From Selaginella moellendorffii (taxonomy: Eukaryota; Plantae; Lycopodiophyta): a DNA stretch of 64,000 nt. Below the pieces are notes generated by a model that was given only the letters and a program-made list of their open reading frames with translations, was not told where the DNA came from and did not search any database. Each line of letters opens with the position of its first letter. Positions within the stretch are counted from its first letter, which is position 1. The position numbers and the translations under genes were made by a program. Of the stretch, positions 57,384 to 64,000 are shown piece after piece. The stretch covers positions 1,571,514-1,635,513 of the forward strand of contig NW_003314287.1 of assembly GCF_000143415.4 (NCBI RefSeq). The letters are read 5' to 3'.

Positions 57384-58034
57384 TATAAGCTTTTGAATCT
57401 AAATTTTTTAAGAGATCATTTAACTCAATATTATTCAAACCTAATGACATTTAACCCCAACTATCCCAAGACCCTTAACTAATTGGGAAATGAAGTGCAC
57501 TTTTATTCATAGGCCATTTCCCTTTATATTATGGATCGTTTCTCAAGTTGGTCTCTTTGATTGCTTATAATCCACCACACTTCCCTGCAAATTCACGCCT
57601 TCGTGAATGGAAGGTACAAGTTGTTCACTTTTATTGCTTACAATCCACTACACTTCCCTGCAAGTTCACACCCTCGTGAACATAAGGTAAAAGTTGGAAC
57701 TCTCTTGACACTCTTGACACCCTTAAGCTCTGCTCTCTTGACACCCTACCCCTTAGGTCGAGCCCAGTTGGAGCAAACTAAACCTACCAGATATTAATTA
57801 ACATGTGGTGCGATTCGTTTAGCCAATTAACAGAGTTCCTTTGATACCAAATGTAAGTTCTTGAATTTTAACTTCCCGGGAAGTTACCCAACCCAATATT
57901 ATTCAAACCCAAGGACACTTAATTTTAACTATCCCAAAACCTTTAACTGATTAAAAAAGGGGGTGCACTGCCTTTTTTCATTACATTTGAACTTTATGAA
58001 TCATTTTTCAAATCATTTTTTTTGGTTGCTTACA
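57384..58034 (-). mobile_element. TRIM-like non-autonomous LTR element (~650 bp)
   Basis: Two ~185-bp degenerate direct repeats (57384-57569; 57852-58034, bounded TGTAAG...CTTACA); tRNA-Met-type PBS TGGTATCAAAG (57839-57849); purine-rich tract AGGGAAGTGTGGTGG beside the 3' LTR; no ORF. Confidence 0.72.
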
Positions 58035-58907
58035 ATCATGTCCTTATAACTTCCACTATACTCACAATATTCCTTTTAAGGGCTATAATCTTGGTACTAA
58101 ATTGGCCATGATCATGCATATAAAGGGGGATGTAGTTAATCTTCCTCCATATGCTCAATTAGAAGTTCTGCTCAATTAGAAGCTCTTGTCAGATAAGATT
58201 GAAAGAGAGATAAAGTAATTTATACTGTCAAGGGTACAAAAAACTTATATGCCATCATTTCTACCTAGTGTCTACTTCCTTCAGCAGTATAAAGCTTGAT
58301 TGTTAGCCTGCAGAAAAGAAAGAAAAAATAAACATAAATATCTCTTTAAATGACTTAGATCCATTGCAAATGTTTATAATTGACAATCTTCCAAGCAAGA
58401 CACTCTACACTAACCCTATACCTTGCTCAATTGCTCATTTATTTCATTTCACTAGCTCAAAATTTTATAACTTAAATTCAAGTGAGGAAAACTAGTATGG
58501 AGTGGGTGGCTTAGTAAGAAAAGCATGATCCATAGCAACAACCACTATACCACCACCAGATGCTTTTGCACTTTTATTCAGCCAAAATTTATAATTTGTG
58601 TTTCCTTTTTATCAACACAGAGAGTTTTTGGTTATGGAGGTTTGGGTGTAATGGAGTAGAGCTTGATTTCTTCACAATCTTAAGGCTCATTAGGATTGTT
58701 ATTATATGTGTAAGTTATAATTTCTTTTTCTATCTCCACTTAAATAGAGTTTAATATTAGTTATAATAAGAAGAATAGAGAAGTAAAATTATCATTAAAT
58801 TGAGGTATATTCTATAATATACTTAAATATAACTCTATATGTTTTCTAAATCAAACCAAAAAGTAAACTACAATTAACAGTAACAAATATAGACAACTTT
58901 CTTTTAC

Positions 58908-58934
<27 letters not shown>

Positions 58935-58938
<4 letters not shown>

Positions 58939-59108
58939 AGTGCATGGAATATGGAAAGAGAATACAGAAATGTGCATATCAATTAGCCCAAAAACCCTAG
59001 CTTATATATAAGAGCGAGTGGTCCGGATTGAAATCAATCCGACGGCTACTAAAATCCACTACGCTAATATTAGTATACGGCATCATAGCCGTACACTTGG
59101 CCCTCACA
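58935..59108 (-). repeat. 3' LTR
   Basis: TGTGAG...CTCACA; 7 mismatches in 174 bp versus the 5' LTR; PPT AGAGGAGGGGATGA at 59109-59122. Confidence 0.95.
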
Positions 59109-59140
59109 TCATCCCCTCCTCTCAGAATAATGGAAGGCTG

Positions 59141-62100
59141 TCAAGGTTCTCTTGTAGATGGGCCGGGATCTGGAGGAACGTCAGGAGGAGGCATCGGCAG
59201 ATCTGTAGACGGTATTAACTGCTCCTGATCCCTTTGTATGAAGCGTTTTAACCGCTGCACATACACAATCTCTGGAGGATCGGTCTGCTGAACGTTATGC
59301 CGAACCTCATAAACTTGCGGTCCAACTTGCCGCAACACTTGATACGGTCCCTTCCACTGCACAAGGAGCCCCTTAGATAAACCACGTACCATAAGATGGG
59401 GAAAACGGACTAACACCAAATCATCCACTTTGTACTCCGCAGGTGGACGATGATGGGAGTTGTAGCGCCGTTGTTGTCCCACTTGTACGCGGCCTAAGTG
59501 TTCGGCAGACTCTACTCAGACAAGTGGAAGAATGCTTGTCAAATATTGATCCCATGACCTAGCATCAGGAGCTCGTGGCAATCGCGAAGGTAAACCCAGC
59601 TCTGTTAGTAATATTGGATCATGACCATATAGAAATTTATATGGTGAAGCACCAACAGAACTCTGCACCCCTGTGACATAGGCATACCGAAGAGACGGCA
59701 AATAACCATCCCAATCCGAATGCTGAAAGTTCACATACTTCGCAATCATCCCTTTGAATATTCGAACGAGCCGTTCCACTAGACCGTCTGATTGTGGATG
59801 ATAAACACTCGTAAAAGTGTGGCGTATCCCCAACCGAGATGTCAAAACATGAAATACCTCAGCCATAAATGCAGGACCATTATCCGAAAGAATTCGCTCT
59901 AGACAAGAATGCTGGAACACCACTCGATTGAGGAGGAAGTATCCAACAGCAGTTGCAGAGGCACTAGCAAGAGCACCAACTTCCACCTAACGAGTCAAGT
60001 AGTTAGAAGCAATAATAACATACTCATTGCCAGCAGTCGATCGTGGAAAAGGTCCCATAAGATCAAACGCCACCAACTCAAACGGACGGGAAACTGCAAT
60101 TGACTCCAACCGTCCTTCCGCAGCACAAGGGGGAGTATTCTGAGCTTGGCACCAAACGCAGCTACACACATACCGGATAATATCACGTCGCATCTCCGGC
60201 TAATAGAAAGACCTGTGCAGCTTCTCGGTGACACGACGGTGTCCCATATGCCCACCTAAAACAGGAGAATCATGGTAGGCATGGAGAAACTGCGGAATAA
60301 ACACCGAAGGCACCACCAACCGTAAATGATCATCAGGATCCGTCCCCACAAAATAAAGAAGGCCATCTTCAAGGCGATATTGAAAATGTAAATGCCGGAA
60401 AGGCAAGTCATCAGCAAGTGATGCAGGATTCTCAAACCCATCTCGAAGCCTTCGAATCCATGGCTCAATCTTTTGAACCTCACGAACCTCATCAAGAGAA
60501 GGTAGATTTTGCTCTACGCCCTGTGGACACTGAACGTCAAGGACAGCAACCGCCGATGGCACAGAATCCTCATCTAGAAAATCCACAGACGCTAGAACAA
60601 CAGGTTCGTCAGAAACATGAGAAGTGAGTGAAGAAGGAAGAGGAGCTCGAGAAAGGGCATCAGCATCAGCCATAGAACTCCCTGGGCGATGAACAACATC
60701 AAAATCATATATCTGAAGCTTCAAAGCCCATTGAGCCATACGACCAACCAGGTTCTTTCGCTTCAATAATGAAGTAATAGCAGCATAGTCACCTTCAAGT
60801 AACGTCCGAGAACCATGTAGATATGCATGAAGTTTCTCGAAACCCCAGACTGCTGCTAAACACTCCTTCTCCATCGTGGAGTAGTTTAGCTCCGCTGGTT
60901 GTAATGTACGGCTTATGTATGCAATGGGATGGCGCTGACCAGGCACACTCGAGCTCTCATGCATCAACACACCTCCAAGACTAATGTTAGAAGCATCCAC
61001 GCGTAAAATAAAAGGTCGAGTGTAGTTAGGATATGCCAAAACCGGAGGAGTTGTCAATAGCTCTTTGAGATCCACGAACGCCCGCTCACAATCCGGAGAC
61101 CAGATGAAAGATGACGTTGATGACTTCAGCAACGCTCGCAATGGTGTAGTGCGATCGGAAAGATGATCCACAAAACGACCGAGATACTGCACCTTACCCA
61201 AAAAGCACTGCACATCATTCACACACTTCGGAGTAGGGAACTTTAGAATAGCCACAAGTTTGTCAGGATCAACTTGCAAACCCTCACGAGAAATACAGTA
61301 CCCAAGATAAGTTGTGTCCTTGGACCCAAACACGCACTCTGACCGCTTCAGCTTTAAACCAACATCGCGTAGCCAATCCAACACTTTACAAACATCACGA
61401 ACGTGCTCCTCCCACGTCCCCTCCGAGTGGATCAAGACATCATCAATGAAGTCAGTAGTCACCTCCGGCATATCGCAAAGAACCTCGTCCATCATCCGCT
61501 GGAAAGTTGCTGGAGCATTGTTCAAACCAAACGGCATCACCAAGAACTCGTACAAACCAAATGGTGTACGAAAAGCAGTCTTAGGAATATCTTCTTCGGC
61601 CATCGGGACTTGCTAATACCTAGAAGCAAGATCTAGCTTGGTGAACCAACGACTTCGCCCCAGACGATCCAAGAGATCAGCAGTGTGAGGAAGAGGATAC
61701 ACATCTGGGATCGTCACTTCGTTTAACGGACGATAGTCGATGCAGAAACGAATACTCCCATCAGGCTTCGTCACAAGATGAGGTTCACATGCCCAAGGAC
61801 TCCGCGACTTCCGAATAACACCCTTCTCCAGCATTTCCTTGACATTTGCTCGTAAAATCTTGATCTCCTTAGGTGACCGACGACGAACAGGAACCTTGAT
61901 TGGACGAGCATCCCCGGTTGGAATCGGATGACGTGTGGCAATCTTGGCCCCAGACAATAGGTCAAATTCAAAGAGATCAGAATACTCCTTCATGAGCCGG
62001 TCAACTGCTGCAACACAAAGATCGTCGGAGGGATCGGAAAAGGGAAAAGCAGAACAAGATGGAAACACAGAAGGAAAGAGTGGGGGAACAAAAGTAATGG

Positions 62101-62625
62101 AAGCAGAGGTAGAAGTAAAGGGACGAAGGGGTATGGAAGTGAGAGGAATGGATGAAACATAAGGGAGTATGAGACAAGGGGGAGAAGCCTCAAAATCACA
62201 CTTGGCATGATTGCGCTGCAACCAATCCATACCAAGAATGAGGTCAAAAGCTTGACTCGGCACCACCCGCAACGACTGCAACTCAAGCTCGAGATCGCCC
62301 ACACGCACAACCAAGTCCACCTCATCCCGTATGCATGTGTACGGCCGTTGCCATAAAGAATGAAAACTGGTTCTGCCGCATAACGCAAGTGTAGACGACA
62401 ACATGTGGCAACAGGTCGAGCAATAGAAGATAAACTCGAACCTGTATCAACCAACACGGAGAGAATAATAAGAGACCTTTTGTTATAAAAACGAACTTGG
62501 AAAGTAAACACTGGATGAACTGGTGCCGAGTGAACCCCTTGATGATACTCCCAAAAGAAAGATGGAGGGGTCACTGATTTATTTGCGCAAGGTCCCTCCG
62601 TTACTCGCGCGACTCCTCGTTTCCC
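59141..62625 (-). pseudogene. pol: Retrotransposon Pol (PR-RT-RH-IN) in the -1 frame, with premature stops
   Basis: Frameshift near 62340; in-frame stops at 61613, 60200, 59987 and 59516. Confidence 0.9.
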
Positions 62626-63533
62626 GGATGCATTTCTGTGTCCAGACCTTCCACTGCAGCAGCACCCAGGGGACGTTGCTGACGCCAAGGTCTCCACCCA
62701 GGAAATGGAGGTCGCCAATCCGGAAAACGACGGCAATGCCGATAAGTATGACCAACTTCATCACACGCCCAGCAGCGAACATCACGGCCACGACCACGTC
62801 CTCGCGCTTGTCCTTGGACTCGAGCAGCAGCAGCATCAACCTCCATTGGAACAGGACCATCACCCATAAGAAGTGGAGCGGACGGACGTGCAGCGAGAAG
62901 TGGAAGAGGCGACATCTCATAACGTTGTGCCAAGCGAAGAGCATCGTCAAGGGTGCCAGGAGCGAGTGCATGCACAAGTCCGACAAGATCTTGATGAAGT
63001 GCTGGCCACAACATTCCTAGCTTGATCCGCTCCGACATATTTGGCTCCGCACGAAGCAAAAGACTTTGGAAACGAACGCCAAATTGCATCACCGACTCAG
63101 ATGGCCCTTGGCGAAGACGATGCAATTGTTGGAAAGCATCATCACAATCATCGGCATGTCCGAAGGCGCGTTTGAAGACGTCCGGGAGAACACTCCAATC
63201 CCCACGAGTGGCTGCGCTCAAACCATTGTACCACTGCAATGCCGTCCCTTGGAGACACGTGGGAAACTCACGCAACTGTCGAGCATCATCCCAAGAATGA
63301 TATGTGGCAATCACCGTAAAGTGATCGAACCAATGGTACACGTCATCCCCAGGATTCCCGCGAAAGAACTCCGGCCGAACGCGAGGATTGGCACCAAGAG
63401 CAGGAGGAGTTGTACAACGTGCCGTAAACGCCGCTATCAACTGAGTTTGGTTGTTCAATTGCAAGCGCATAGCATCAAGCAATTGAACCAACTGCTGCTC
63501 TAGAGTCAAAGGAGGAGATTGTGGATTGGCCAT
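62601..63533 (-). CDS. gag: Retrotransposon Gag
   Basis: Open frame from MANPQSPP; retrotrans-gag core (LQGTALQWY, LRQGPSESVMQF), PVPMEVD, CWACDEVGHTYRHC. Confidence 0.9.
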   Translation of the reverse strand: MANPQSPPLTLEQQLVQLLDAMRLQLNNQTQLIAAFTARCTTPPALGANPRVRPEFFRGNPGDDVYHWFDHFTVIATYHSWDDARQLREFPTCLQGTALQWYNGLSAATRGDWSVLPDVFKRAFGHADDCDDAFQQLHRLRQGPSESVMQFGVRFQSLLLRAEPNMSERIKLGMLWPALHQDLVGLVHALAPGTLDDALRLAQRYEMSPLPLLAARPSAPLLMGDGPVPMEVDAAAARVQGQARGRGRGRDVRCWACDEVGHTYRHCRRFPDWRPPFPGWRPWRQQRPLGAAAVEGLDTEMHPGNEESRE

Positions 63534-63767
63534 GAAGATGAACGAAAAAGAAAGAGCAAGAGAAGAGAAATGACAAAAAAGCTGGAAAGAAATGGTAGAT
63601 CTAGACAATGCAAAAAGCTAGATCTAAACCAAAATCCTGAAAGGAAAGAACAAAAGAAAGGAAATGGAAAAAGCTAAATCTAGACGATGCAAAAGCTAGA
63701 TTTAAACCGAAATCCCAAATCCAAGCACTCCCCAAGGACAATCAAAGGTGCCCCTCACCTCCACCAA

Positions 63768-63934
63768 TGTGAGTGCATGGAATATGGAAAGAGAATACAG
63801 AAATGTGCATATCAATTAGCCCAATAACCCTAGCTTATATACAAGAGCGAGTGGTCCGGATTGAAACCAATCCAACAGCTACCAAAATCCACTACGCTAA
63901 TATTAGTATACGGCATCGTAGCCGTACACTTGGC

Positions 63935-63941
<7 letters not shown>
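63768..63941 (-). repeat. 5' LTR
   Basis: TGTGAG...CTCACA, followed on the minus strand by PBS TGGTGGAGGTGAGGGG (63751-63766). Confidence 0.95.

Positions 63942-64000
<59 letters not shown>

Larger units (their letters stand above)
58935..63941 (-). mobile_element. Full-length Ty3/Gypsy LTR retrotransposon (non-chromovirus, 5007 bp), pol inactivated
   Basis: 174-bp LTRs, PBS, PPT; gag with CCHC knuckle, protease LVDTGS, RT (MPFGLNNAP, FIDD), RNase H (VDAS, ADALSR), integrase (HHCC, D..D, GPY/F tail) in Gypsy order. Confidence 0.96.

Noticed and set aside
57378-58049. TGTCCTTATAA on both sides of the TRIM as a target-site duplication
   Set aside because: The left copy overlaps the LTR edge and the right copy is offset by several bases; not a clean TSD.
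1-64000. CRISPR arrays, rRNA genes, prokaryotic operons
   Set aside because: None seen; the sequence is spliced eukaryotic DNA and its repeats lack repeat-spacer structure.

Overview
Gene-dense plant nuclear DNA, most likely the lycophyte Selaginella (inferred from 43-65 bp introns, intergenic gaps of tens of bp, and many intronless PLS-PPR genes). Intact genes: an F-box/LRR gene, tRNA-Asn, an unknown two-exon gene, a DUF3411/RETICULATA-like gene, a PUB16/17-type U-box/ARM ligase, AXY9, four PLS-PPRs, OPA3-like, CRTISO, a core-2/I-branching (DUF266) glycosyltransferase, MinE1, a clade-A PP2C (ABI1-like), an EPFL peptide and two UGTs. Two accessory zones (about 11.8-22.3 kb and 42.3-55 kb) consist of local duplicates broken up by micro-deletions and micro-inversions. 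The window ends with a TRIM and a full-length 5.0-kb Gypsy element. Most notable: (1) a kinase-less, frameshifted LRR receptor-like gene whose ectodomain, ~70-aa island and TM resemble BRI1/BRL brassinosteroid receptors, preceded by a W-box cluster; (2) a G_GGA_AAC slippery site plus H-type pseudoknot at the Gypsy gag/pol junction, with a tRNA-Ala-type PBS and mirror-image microsatellite flanks; (3) an EPFL peptide with a duplicated 4-Cys half-domain; (4) a 119-bp inversion with a templated insertion inside a cap-methyltransferase copy. All family assignments come from motif recognition and recalled homolog sequences, not from database searches.
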